The notes under the pieces: model-generated
The model's database searches: none
The model's input: the letters and a program-made list of their open reading frames with translations, nothing else
Told to the model about the DNA's origin: nothing
Translations under genes and position numbers: made by a program
Source of the DNA: a virus
IMG/VR virus record: IMGVR_UViG_3300037993_001242
Span: 96,001 to 160,000 of that record
Direction: 5' to 3' (one strand)
Length of the DNA: 64,000 nt
Part shown: positions 38,052 through 47,215 of the stretch, in pieces
Position numbering within the stretch: position 1 is the stretch's first letter
Layout: each line of letters opens with the position of its first letter

Positions 38052-41000
38052 ATGAGTGGACAACTTGAAAGTACGCTGGTTTTGGCCATCCGGGACACGA
38101 TTCACTGGGAAAGCGCAGTGGACGCGCCTTCCCAAGGCACGCTGATCCCGCTTGACCCTGATCTGCCGTTTAATCCGCTGACTTACCAACAGCGCGACCG
38201 CGAACTGGCCGACCGGGACATTGTCGTCGGTGCGGCCATCGCCGACACGTCCATTCAGATTTCCAACGTCTACAATTATCCGGCGATCAAACCCCAACTG
38301 GAAGGCCCGGCGGTCAAAGACCTGCCTTTTGACGCCGACGAAATCAGTGATGCCGGTACCGCCAGCTTGGTGCGCCACGTGCAAAATTCCTCCATCCCGT
38401 GGGACGCCGCCCGCTACACGGACAGCGACCTGTACGGTCGCGATGCCTTGGTATACGAAATCTTGGCACGAGCCTGCCAGTCCGCTTTTATCAATCCGCC
38501 AATTTCTCGAATTGACTCCGCCGGAACCATCTTTCCCGACACGTCCGCGTGGTCGCTGGCTGAAAGTCAAGCCGTCAAAGCCGACATCAACCCGGCGCTG
38601 CCCCTCAACCGCGACCTGTTCAAGCTGCCCGACCAGAACCTTGCCGACCGGGACAATTTGCTGGCAACCTACGTAGCCAATCTGGCACAGGTGCTGAAAA
38701 ATCCCTTCGCCCACGCTTTGCGTATTTATGTCAAGGTCGACGGCCCAACTATCAGCTACCGCGAACCTGAAGTATACGTGCTGGCCAGTGACAACGGCGT
38801 GGATCGCGTCTGGCAAGCGGAACCCGCCCTGCCCAACCGAAACCGGCTCATTTACAGCATCGCCAACCGAACGCTCCAATGGATTCGGGAATCCGTCAAC
38901 TCCATCCATGTTCCGCAGATTTACGCGATGACGATCCCCGGCATCGATGCCGGACAACTACTCACCACCTTGCCTGAAATACCGGAAAAGAAGGACGCCC
39001 AGTTTTGGCGGCTCAAGGCCGGTCTGATTATTCCGGCGGGTGAACAGATCAACGACACATCTGCTTTCTTGAGATTCACCGCCACTGATTCCGCCAGCGG
39101 CGGCACCACACAGGCAGACTCGGCCAGCTTGACCGCGCCGGGCCAGTTGTCCCTCAGCATGGCCGGTGTGCTCCAGCCCGCCAATTACCGCGTCAGCGTC
39201 TTAACCGTGCCTTGTCCGACCGTTGAAATCGCAGGCGCTCAAAACATCACCAACACATCAGGTACCCTCGGCGGAGCGACGTTCGAGATCAACGTACCTT
39301 CCGGTTCAATCGCCAGCAAACAGTACCTTGTGGAAGACGGCGATGGCATCGTCTACAGCGGACAGACTTATGCGGCGGGAGATATTTTCTCCGGTGTTTC
39401 TGGCACTTCCACTTACACCCAAGCCGGATCATTGACCTCGTCCATCCGGCAGTACGCCATCAACTTTCAACTGGCTCTTACTCCCGGCCCTTGGAAAGCC
39501 ACCGTCGCCTACACCGACCTGTCCGGCTTTTCCACGGGCTTTGGCATCAAAGCCCAATACGCCGCCAACGGAGCCAACACGGTCAACGTTATTCAGGACA
39601 TCGTTCCCGAACCGTTCAGCGGCGTGCCGGGCACAGTTATCGAAACGGCTCCCGCAGGTTTTGATGTGGATAATACCGGCGCTTTCTCCTTCCCGGTATT
39701 CTGGACATACGGCACCGGCCAGTTGCACGTGCGCAGGATCATCTTTGAATCCGATACCACCACCGGCCATTACGAAGTTCAGGGCCAGTTCGGCAGCAAT
39801 GCCCTCTCCTACGTGGATGTAACCGGCACCGCCTTCCAGCCGGATGTCATGCGCTTTGAATTCAATTCCACCAACAGCATCAATTTGCTCACGTTCAACG
39901 CCAACTGGACTGCCGAAGCTCAGATGCCGATCAAGTTCAAACAAATTCAGATTCAGACCGTTGGCACCTATACCCCCACGCCGGTAGCTGACGAATTTTT
40001 TGGCTGGCGGCAGGAATGTGTCGACCGGGCCGAGCGGGTCATCCAGCAAGACTACGCGACGGCAGTGGCTGCTTTTGGCACCAACCTGCCGACCTTCCGC
40101 GATTCCGGTTCAAAGTGGAGTCCAGACGCCACCGAAAACTGGATGTCCTTCATTGAAACCACGCACCCCCGGCTCCGCGAAGTGCCAAACATTGACAACA
40201 CGCTGGGCATTGTTGACGGGCGGCAATACGAAGTCGTATCCGGGCCAGTTCTTTACGGAACAAACACTTACACAGTCGGCGAAACCTTTTTCGGCGACAC
40301 CAATATCGACACCGCCTATACCGGTGGCAACGTGAAACAGGTTGGTGCATTCGTCAAATCCCTGCCCGGACACATCGGCAAACACGCGCTGATTCCGTAT
40401 GGTCTCGCGTACAACGGCAACGGCACGGTTACCTCCTACTACGATACCGACAAATCCGTGCCGGTGGTTGTGTCCTGCATTCCTTGGATGATCGATCAAG
40501 GCATTTACGTGGCCCAATCGGAATTCTGGACACCCGACTACATCATTGAAGCGCAAAGCGCCGCCCAGTCTAAAAAGTTGATTGCTCAAGCTGAAGCAGC
40601 CGTCACTCCCAGCGGAACCACTCCGACGGGATACAACTGCCAAGGCAATCCTTCGGATATTCACGACTTGATCTGGACAGGCGGCCCCTATGCCGCCGGA
40701 GTAACCATTTCCGGCACGGGCACGACCGTAAACGGTATCGTCGCGAACACCACTGGCAACAAAACGCTGTTGGGCGACATCGTGACGACTGTCTGCAATC
40801 CGACCAATGCCGACGTAAGCATCCTGTTTACTTTCTCCGGCAGCATGACTTTCAGCGCGGGCGCTGATCACCAAAATATCGGCACAGTGTTCATTAGCGA
40901 CAACGGATTGGCCACCAGCCAAACCATCGCTTCTCAAGCCGCGTTTTCGACACTTCAAAACACCCCGGCATCATTGATCGCTCCGGCTTTGTCGTTGACA

Positions 41001-41084
41001 ACGTTTACCATCCGTTTCACGACGACCACCCACGGCCACCACAACACAGTCAACATCAACGGTGCCGTCACTCTGAGTATATGA
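38052..41084 (+). CDS. Large virion structural protein (tail/baseplate-associated)
   Basis: 1010 aa, Thr/Gly/Ser-rich beta domains, in a structural cluster. Confidence 0.65.
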   Translation: MSGQLESTLVLAIRDTIHWESAVDAPSQGTLIPLDPDLPFNPLTYQQRDRELADRDIVVGAAIADTSIQISNVYNYPAIKPQLEGPAVKDLPFDADEISDAGTASLVRHVQNSSIPWDAARYTDSDLYGRDALVYEILARACQSAFINPPISRIDSAGTIFPDTSAWSLAESQAVKADINPALPLNRDLFKLPDQNLADRDNLLATYVANLAQVLKNPFAHALRIYVKVDGPTISYREPEVYVLASDNGVDRVWQAEPALPNRNRLIYSIANRTLQWIRESVNSIHVPQIYAMTIPGIDAGQLLTTLPEIPEKKDAQFWRLKAGLIIPAGEQINDTSAFLRFTATDSASGGTTQADSASLTAPGQLSLSMAGVLQPANYRVSVLTVPCPTVEIAGAQNITNTSGTLGGATFEINVPSGSIASKQYLVEDGDGIVYSGQTYAAGDIFSGVSGTSTYTQAGSLTSSIRQYAINFQLALTPGPWKATVAYTDLSGFSTGFGIKAQYAANGANTVNVIQDIVPEPFSGVPGTVIETAPAGFDVDNTGAFSFPVFWTYGTGQLHVRRIIFESDTTTGHYEVQGQFGSNALSYVDVTGTAFQPDVMRFEFNSTNSINLLTFNANWTAEAQMPIKFKQIQIQTVGTYTPTPVADEFFGWRQECVDRAERVIQQDYATAVAAFGTNLPTFRDSGSKWSPDATENWMSFIETTHPRLREVPNIDNTLGIVDGRQYEVVSGPVLYGTNTYTVGETFFGDTNIDTAYTGGNVKQVGAFVKSLPGHIGKHALIPYGLAYNGNGTVTSYYDTDKSVPVVVSCIPWMIDQGIYVAQSEFWTPDYIIEAQSAAQSKKLIAQAEAAVTPSGTTPTGYNCQGNPSDIHDLIWTGGPYAAGVTISGTGTTVNGIVANTTGNKTLLGDIVTTVCNPTNADVSILFTFSGSMTFSAGADHQNIGTVFISDNGLATSQTIASQAAFSTLQNTPASLIAPALSLTTFTIRFTTTTHGHHNTVNINGAVTLSI

Positions 41085-41362
41085 ATGGCATGAATGACGA
41101 ATTCAGTCTGCTGCCCAGCGATCTGGACATGGCGCGTCTGGCGGGAATACCAGTCGATGGCCGGGTGGAAGCTGAAAATCAGACGTGGGTCTGCCTTCGT
41201 TACCCGACCAAACCCGCCAAAGGCTGGCAGTGGTGCGAATACTCCTTGATCGTCAACTGTCCTAACGTGCCTGCCCACGGGGGCACGTATGAGTTTAAGT
41301 GCTTGAAGGGTGTTGTCGCCTATTTACAACAATTGGAAAACGTACGAAAGGCCAACCATTGA
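41081..41362 (+). CDS. Hypothetical protein
   Basis: Coupled ORF. Confidence 0.55.
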   Translation: MNGMNDEFSLLPSDLDMARLAGIPVDGRVEAENQTWVCLRYPTKPAKGWQWCEYSLIVNCPNVPAHGGTYEFKCLKGVVAYLQQLENVRKANH

Positions 41363-41733
41363 AAGCCGCACAAATCGTAAACCAACTGCTGGAAGTTGGC
41401 CCGGATGAAATCAATCCGAAACGGGAAATGCTGCGCGTTGATCCGGCGGCGGACATCAAGGAAATCGTTCACGCCCTGCAAAACGAAGGCATTCTTACGC
41501 TCGCGTACAAGAGGGCCGCCGACATCCTTAAACTTCACGTAAAACTGACCGAATGGACAACCGAAGAAAGGCTTGAAAACTGGCTACATGTGTTTTTAAC
41601 GGGACAACTGAATCTTCAAATTGACATCCACGGAATGACAACCAGAAATTTAGGCCCCGATTATAGTGGCACCGCGTATGAAGTCATGTTCCCGCTGAAA
41701 GGCCAACCCACGCCCTTTACAAAGTTGGTGTAG
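41359..41733 (+). CDS. LLE/DPD-leader protein
   Basis: TTG start overlapping the upstream TGA; MKAAQIVNQLLEVGPDEINPK. Confidence 0.75.
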   Translation: MKAAQIVNQLLEVGPDEINPKREMLRVDPAADIKEIVHALQNEGILTLAYKRAADILKLHVKLTEWTTEERLENWLHVFLTGQLNLQIDIHGMTTRNLGPDYSGTAYEVMFPLKGQPTPFTKLV

Positions 41734-41740
41734 TTAAAAC

Positions 41741-42853
41741 GTGATCGCTGAAACCATCGTCCGCGCTTTGCTGGAAGAAGTTGAAGACCAGCACCGCTTT
41801 GTGACCGTCGTCGTCCTGCGCAACCCGGACGACCCGGAAGTCCTGTTGGTGCAGCGCAAAAATCCGCCGGAAGCAGGCAAGTGGGGCGCGCCGGGCGGCC
41901 ATGCCAATGAAGGCGAAGCGCTTACGGACGCAGCCAAGCGCGAACTTAAAGAAGAAACGGGTATTGAGGCCGCCCAACTTCATTACTTTGACCGCGTATT
42001 CATCCCGGAACGGGATGCCTTCGACAACTTCTACTGGACGGTTGTAGACGATGACGCCAGTGCCCGCCGGGGTGACGATGCCAAACACGTCAAATGGACG
42101 AAAGTGGCCGAGATCGGCGAACTGGCTTTCAACTGCCACGTACAGATCAAGGACGCGGCTGACCGGGCGTTCGCCATCGGCAAAATTGCCGAATCAAAAG
42201 CCGAGGGCAAGTATGGACGCAACGGCCTGCTGATCGTTTTCGAGGGCATCGACGGCGCGGGCAAAACCACGCAGGTCAGGAAACTGACCGGCTGGCTCGC
42301 CGAACGCGGCTACAAGGTCAAGACCACCAAATGGAATTCATCGGAAATCCTCAACGGCGCGCTGTACAAAGCCAAAAAGCACAAGGAACTTTCGCCCATC
42401 CTGTTCAGCCTGCTCCACGCTGCCGACCTCACGTGGCGCTACGAGAACATCGTCCGGCCCGCCCTCGACAAAGGCAAAGTCGTAATCTGCGACCGCTACT
42501 ATTACACCAGTTACGTCCGTGACAGCCTGCGCGGCGTCAACGATGCGATCCTCGATTACATTTACGAGGACTGGCGCAAACCCGACGTGGTCTTTTACTG
42601 CAAGGTTCCCATTCGCACAGCGGTCGAGCGCTTGCTGCGCGAAAAAGGCGTGTATTACTACAGCGCCGGGCGGGACATCGGCTACAAAGGCAGCAAAGAG
42701 GAGTGTGCCATGCAATACGAGGAGGACATGGAAAAGGTGTACAAGCGCCTTTTTGCCAAAGAACCCAGTGTGTCTGAGATTAGTACCGAACGCCCGATCA
42801 GCGAAATAGCTGATGAAATCAAGGCTATTTTGAAGAAAAAGTTCGATGTTTAA
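41741..42853 (+). CDS. tmk: LLE-leader Nudix hydrolase-thymidylate kinase fusion
   Basis: Nudix box GGHANEGEALTDAAKRELKEETGI; FEGIDGAGKTTQ, ICDRYYYTS. Confidence 0.88.
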   Translation: MIAETIVRALLEEVEDQHRFVTVVVLRNPDDPEVLLVQRKNPPEAGKWGAPGGHANEGEALTDAAKRELKEETGIEAAQLHYFDRVFIPERDAFDNFYWTVVDDDASARRGDDAKHVKWTKVAEIGELAFNCHVQIKDAADRAFAIGKIAESKAEGKYGRNGLLIVFEGIDGAGKTTQVRKLTGWLAERGYKVKTTKWNSSEILNGALYKAKKHKELSPILFSLLHAADLTWRYENIVRPALDKGKVVICDRYYYTSYVRDSLRGVNDAILDYIYEDWRKPDVVFYCKVPIRTAVERLLREKGVYYYSAGRDIGYKGSKEECAMQYEEDMEKVYKRLFAKEPSVSEISTERPISEIADEIKAILKKKFDV

Positions 42854-42908
42854 CTTTGTTAAAATTAGTTGTTGACAACCTTCCTGACTTATGGTTTATT
42901 TGGCGCAC

Positions 42909-43301
42909 ATGAAAGATACATAGGTTTCAAACGGTTCCTGTCTCCGGCTCTACGCGCTCGTGCGCACGGATGCAGGCATGTCTCCCGGCAAGACAGCTTC
43001 ACAGGCCGGTCACGCTTACCTCGGAGCGTTCATCGAGGCTTCCCGCAAAACTCCTGACGCCGTTGCTGTCTACAGCAGCGAGCATCCCACGCCCGGCACC
43101 AAGGTCTGTCTCAAAGGCAACCTGAACACCCTCCGGCGCGCTCAGGAAGAAGCCCAGAAGGCGGGTATTCCCCACTGCTTGATCATTGACTCAGGCTGCA
43201 AAAATTTCTTCAATGGTGAGCCGACCGTCACGGCGCTCGGATTTGGCCCGGCCACTGAAGAACAACTCACACCGTTTTTAAGGAGACTTCAAGTTTTATG
43301 A
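42909..43301 (+). CDS. pth2: Peptidyl-tRNA hydrolase PTH2 family, in-frame TAG at codon 5
   Basis: RLYALVRTDAGMSPGKTASQAGHA, KVCLKG, IIDSG, TVTALGFGP; ATG AAA GAT ACA TAG at 42909. Confidence 0.8.
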
Positions 43302-43308
43302 ACAATTT

Positions 43309-43454
43309 GAGCAAGTGGCAGAATGGGACAATGCAGACCACGGAGAAAACTACGGCTAACAACCGAGACGGCGAAAGTATACGCGTGAAATCGCTGGAAC
43401 AACGTGAAATCCTAACCGTGCGACTTGGTGGTTCGACTCCACCCTTGCTCACCA
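43309..43454 (+). ncRNA. tRNA-like RNA with greatly expanded anticodon region
   Basis: Acceptor GAGCAAG/CTTGCTC-ACCA, D-arm-like GCAGAATGGGACAATGC, T arm GGTGG-TTCGACT-CCACC; 146 nt. Confidence 0.7.
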
Positions 43455-43460
43455 ATTTAC

Positions 43461-43599
43461 GGGGTGCATTACACACAGAGGAAACTGGCCCTTGGGGTAA
43501 AAGCGCAGACCAGAGAGAACGTGTGGGAAGTAGCATTATGGCAATGCCGCAGTACGCAAGTGCTGTGCTAAGTGGGTTCGATCCCCACCCACCCCGCCA
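43461..43599 (+). ncRNA. tRNA-like RNA with non-canonical core
   Basis: GGGGTG/CACCCC-GCCA ends, T arm GTGGG-TTCGATC-CCCAC, GCAA-capped hairpin; 139 nt. Confidence 0.6.
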
Positions 43600-43606
43600 A
43601 TTTAAT

Positions 43607-43686
43607 GCGGAGGTAGCTCAGTTGGCAGAGCGCGTGGAGCCTTCACAGGTTTCACGAGGTCGGACGTTCGATCCGTTCCCTCCGCG
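43607..43686 (+). tRNA. Atypical tRNA with extended anticodon arm (possible UCA), no encoded CCA
   Basis: GCGGAGG/CCTCCGC, D arm GCTC-AGTTGGCA-GAGC, 24-nt anticodon arm with central CTTCACA, T arm GGACG-TTCGATC-CGTTC. Confidence 0.7.
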
Positions 43687-43699
43687 ACACTTACAAACA

Positions 43700-44191
43700 T
43701 CACAACAGTCCGAGACTTTTATTTGTGACAGCCATCTTACCAAATATGCGCACAGATTCCTCGTCAAAGACAGCCGCAGCTTCCTGCGGCGTTGCATGGT
43801 ATCCAAAATTTTTACGGCCATTGTTGATATAGATCACAGCGCGCCAAGGCCGTTTGCGATTTCCACGAGGATCAAGTTCAACACCTTTGAAGAAACTCTT
43901 ACTGCTGCGCACAACCAGACATTGTCGCCTACTCTTGAGATTGCAGCGCATGTGACTAAAACCAACGTTGTTGAGATCGAAAAACAGTTCGATGGCGTTT
44001 GGTTCGTGCAGCCACGGTTTAACATGATCAATCGTAAAATCATTCACGGAAGCAATCAATTTTCCACAGCGTATACATGTAGCCATACCGGCTTTTACTG
44101 CCAGCATATAAAGCAACATTTTCCGCAAACGATTACTGGCCGTACCAACTGACATGCCCAACTGCCTTGATTTTTCAGCATTTTTATCCAT
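43700..44191 (-). mobile_element. HNH-AP2 homing endonuclease gene
   Basis: CIRCG...TIDHVKP...HMRCN, then KGV...WRAVI...FGYHATPQEAAAVFD (AP2). Confidence 0.85.
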
Positions 44192-44215
44192 ATAACAAAG
44201 AACAAAACAAAACCT

Positions 44216-44536
44216 ATGAAATTCACATCCAAAGACGAATACTTACGCTGGCGTTCCGAGTGGAAAGCCAATTACCAAACCCTCAGCCAGCAAATCCGAG
44301 ACGTTAAATTCGCCCGGTGGTTCGAGGATTCACGGCGCGGCGGTGTCAAGATGAACGCGGCGCAGACCCAGCGCTACGAGGCCATCGCCAAAGCGCACAA
44401 GACCCAGTGGGGCTTCTTCCCCAACCATGCGCTCAAACAGCTTCGGGACAAGGCCACAGCCCTGCTCGCCGAGCGCGTTGCCTCGAAGATCGCGGCGCAA
44501 GAGTGCTATCAGGCTCGCCAACTGCACCCGGCCTGA
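44216..44536 (+). CDS. Hypothetical protein
   Basis: MKFTSKDEYLRWRSEWKANY. Confidence 0.6.
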   Translation: MKFTSKDEYLRWRSEWKANYQTLSQQIRDVKFARWFEDSRRGGVKMNAAQTQRYEAIAKAHKTQWGFFPNHALKQLRDKATALLAERVASKIAAQECYQARQLHPA

Positions 44537-45790
44537 TCAGACGTGCAGAAACGTACGGCTGCCCGGCGGCTTGACCGCGTCATGGGCAGCCGTGTTGTAT
44601 TCAAGTGCGTGACGCGGTAACTCAAATTCAAATCCGCGATTCACCGCCGCTTGATTATCAAACGACAGTTGCACCCAAGTCACAGGGCCGTTGGGTTTTA
44701 GACCAAACTGATTAAGCGCCTTATTGACCTTGATTTTGGCTCCCCGTGCTGTGGCGTAAACATGGCCGTATACACGCCATTTATTTTCGTGGCGACAGAC
44801 GCCGATAGCGCGCAACCCAACACTGTCCATAGCCCACATGAGCTTGTCGACTCTGGCCTTGGTCTCGAATGTGGTTTTAATAAATTGACGCGGATCAACG
44901 GCGTCAGGGTCTAAAGTTTCAGTCACGCGTTTGTTTGTTTCCAGCCACAACGCCATGGCTACATCCATGGCTGTACTATATGTTTTACCTTTGAAAATTT
45001 TTGTTGGAACGCCCGTAGCGTCAATAACCCGCCATTTACCAGACTTGTTCAGACCTATTTTACCAAGGCCATTATTCCAGAGTGCATGTTCATCGGTTAA
45101 GACCGCGTACCAGTCAGCATATTTAGCAAACCTGAAATCTGGCGTTGTTAGGGTGTACGCCTTGGGATCAACGGCATCTGGATCAAGTGCCTCTTTGATG
45201 CTGAATTCAGCTATCAATTGATCAAGGCGCACTCCCAGCAATGCGCGCTCAACGTATTTGGAACTTGTAAGCTCCCATCTGCCATTCTCACTTGTGTACA
45301 CTTGCACAGTAAGTTCATCGAGCGGCTCCCCCGCACCGAAATGGCTGTGGTTGGGCCAGACAATCAACTGATAATTGCCTATGTTTTTAAAGTAGAAACC
45401 CGGAGAATCTTGTCTCGATGCTTCCAGCGCAAATCCGCGTTCACCCAGCGTCTTCAGCCAGTTAAAGGTGCTGCGCGCATAATGACGAGGATCAACATCG
45501 TCAGGATCAGCTTCACGCAGCGCCATCAGCTTGTGTATACGCTGGGCGGCTGCCTCAGCAAATTGAGCGTGCCGGACGCGAATGGTGGTGATGGCGTAGC
45601 CCTGCTTACGTGCCTCCTGCCGGGCCTGTATGGACGCCTTGCCCTTGTTTTCAGCGTGGCCCGTGGCCAGCGCGTGGGTTTCGTCGGGCAGCGGCAGCAG
45701 CGACCAATACCAGATGTGGCTCCCGTTTATTGGAGCGGGCCGGTATTCAAGGGCGGCATACCTGCGTTGAAACAAGGCGTTAGCGTTCAC
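44537..45790 (-). CDS. Multi-module protein with three internal E-x-DPD junctions
   Basis: READPDDVDPRHY, KEALDPDAVDPKAY, TETLDPDAVDPRQF; GTAGTTA 4 nt upstream. Confidence 0.75.
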   Translation of the reverse strand: MNANALFQRRYAALEYRPAPINGSHIWYWSLLPLPDETHALATGHAENKGKASIQARQEARKQGYAITTIRVRHAQFAEAAAQRIHKLMALREADPDDVDPRHYARSTFNWLKTLGERGFALEASRQDSPGFYFKNIGNYQLIVWPNHSHFGAGEPLDELTVQVYTSENGRWELTSSKYVERALLGVRLDQLIAEFSIKEALDPDAVDPKAYTLTTPDFRFAKYADWYAVLTDEHALWNNGLGKIGLNKSGKWRVIDATGVPTKIFKGKTYSTAMDVAMALWLETNKRVTETLDPDAVDPRQFIKTTFETKARVDKLMWAMDSVGLRAIGVCRHENKWRVYGHVYATARGAKIKVNKALNQFGLKPNGPVTWVQLSFDNQAAVNRGFEFELPRHALEYNTAAHDAVKPPGSRTFLHV

Positions 45791-45804
45791 ACGCTAACTA
45801 CCGC

Positions 45805-46020
45805 CTACAATAAGGTGCCCGCTGATGGCAAAATACCATCAGCGGGCAGTGAAAACAGTCTCTCCAGCTTAATCGACGGACGGTAAGCAATCTTCCGTTT
45901 GTCCGCCATGAACCGCTTGATCTGGACGTGGACGTACTTCGCAAACCGAGCCGCCCAGTAGCGGATCGTTGCCTCGTACACGAACTCGGTTACGAAAATA
46001 CGTACAAACCAAACGAACAT
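45805..46020 (-). CDS. Small early protein
   Basis: TTGACG-N16-TACAGT 6 nt upstream. Confidence 0.5.
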   Translation of the reverse strand: MFVWFVRIFVTEFVYEATIRYWAARFAKYVHVQIKRFMADKRKIAYRPSIKLERLFSLPADGILPSAGTLL

Positions 46021-46062
46021 GCCTAAACTGTATACCGCGCTTTAAATTCGTCAACATAAAAA

Positions 46063-46278
46063 TTAAACGTCATTTTTCAGCCTGATGTGCTTAGTTTCGA
46101 TGTCGAGCACGAGCGCTTCGACACGTTGAGCCAATTGTTCGGGCGGGCATTTGAGTTTTTCGGCCAGATGTTGCACCAGCACACGGTTAGTGACCATGCG
46201 CTGGTATTGTTTCCTGAGCCTACGTTTCCACTTCAGCCGTCGTTTTCGGGTAGACCAGATTCTGAGGACAATTATCAT
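46063..46278 (-). CDS. Small basic protein
   Basis: Coupled to upstream Toprim gene. Confidence 0.5.
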   Translation of the reverse strand: MIIVLRIWSTRKRRLKWKRRLRKQYQRMVTNRVLVQHLAEKLKCPPEQLAQRVEALVLDIETKHIRLKNDV

Positions 46279-47168
46279 TTCTTTTTCTGATTGTCCGCAC
46301 GCAAGGACGCAACCGCCGTCCGTAGGAGTTTCTTGTCCTCTTCCTCTTTGGCTTTAACATCGTCCATTTTGTCTTCGTCCAAAACGTGACTGAACGCCTC
46401 GCGGATCACCTGTCCAAGAACTTCCGGCGGCAAGGCGTCAACTTCCCACGACTCATTGCCGTGCCGACCAACGTACGCCAAAGCCCGGCTGTCGCTCATT
46501 TTGGCCGGGTTGGGCGGCGGGTTATACTCCTCGATCTGCTCCATCGTCAGGGCCAGCTTTTGCACCATCACTTCCGACCCAAACATGTGCAACCGCTCAC
46601 GGATGTCGCGCACCATATCCTCACCGGAGGGGTCGTGATCACCGAGGTAAAACAAAATGGAAGTCTGGCCGTTATTTTCGTGGCGGATCATTCGCTGCGC
46701 CGCCTCGTACAGGGCGCTCTGACTGGAATAGCCCTTGTTGACCATCATCGTGACGTGAAACTCGTTGGCAAGGGGCAGCAGCACGCCGGAAAGGGCATCC
46801 TTCTCGACCCAAAGCTCAACATAGTGCTGCTGGCCCGCCCACCGGGGCAGCCGAAATGAGTGGAAAGCGGCGTCCAGCAATTCATCCAAATCCTCGAATT
46901 CCGGCGGGGATTTGGGCACCCGGACGCGATCCTCAATAGCGTCCCAGTCAATCAGCCCGGCCAGCCGGGCGTCACTGATCAGCTTGCCGAGGTTTTTGTA
47001 GGACTTTTCCTCGTTGGTGATCAGGTTGGCGATGACATGCTGGTAATAAAGCTGGCGCAACGTCAGCTTGAGACCTTGGGCCTGATACCGGACAATAATT
47101 TCATTGGCGACGCGAACGCGTTCGCGTTTTTCGTCGCTCCAGCGGCTTTCTACGAATGCTTGTTTCAT
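46275..47168 (-). CDS. Topoisomerase VI-A/Spo11-like Toprim domain protein (DUF2399/JetD-like)
   Basis: TLRQLYY, VELWVEKDAL, YLGDHDPSG, WEVDAL. Confidence 0.75.
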   Translation of the reverse strand: MKQAFVESRWSDEKRERVRVANEIIVRYQAQGLKLTLRQLYYQHVIANLITNEEKSYKNLGKLISDARLAGLIDWDAIEDRVRVPKSPPEFEDLDELLDAAFHSFRLPRWAGQQHYVELWVEKDALSGVLLPLANEFHVTMMVNKGYSSQSALYEAAQRMIRHENNGQTSILFYLGDHDPSGEDMVRDIRERLHMFGSEVMVQKLALTMEQIEEYNPPPNPAKMSDSRALAYVGRHGNESWEVDALPPEVLGQVIREAFSHVLDEDKMDDVKAKEEEDKKLLRTAVASLRADNQKKK

Positions 47169-47215
47169 AATATCTCTATACCAATAATGGGGACAGCGTT
47201 AACCCCTAAAGGACA

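Noticed and set aside
43309-43599. tmRNA or group I intron interpretation
   Set aside because: Too short, no G3:U70 alanine determinant in the first RNA, and no tag ORF or P-Q-R-S core seen
43607-43686. Canonical tRNA-Sec
   Set aside because: 7-bp acceptor and short variable loop; no Sec machinery in the window
43298-44152. 284-aa + strand ORF
   Set aside because: Runs over three tRNA-like RNAs and antisense to the HNH-AP2 gene; no protein-like features
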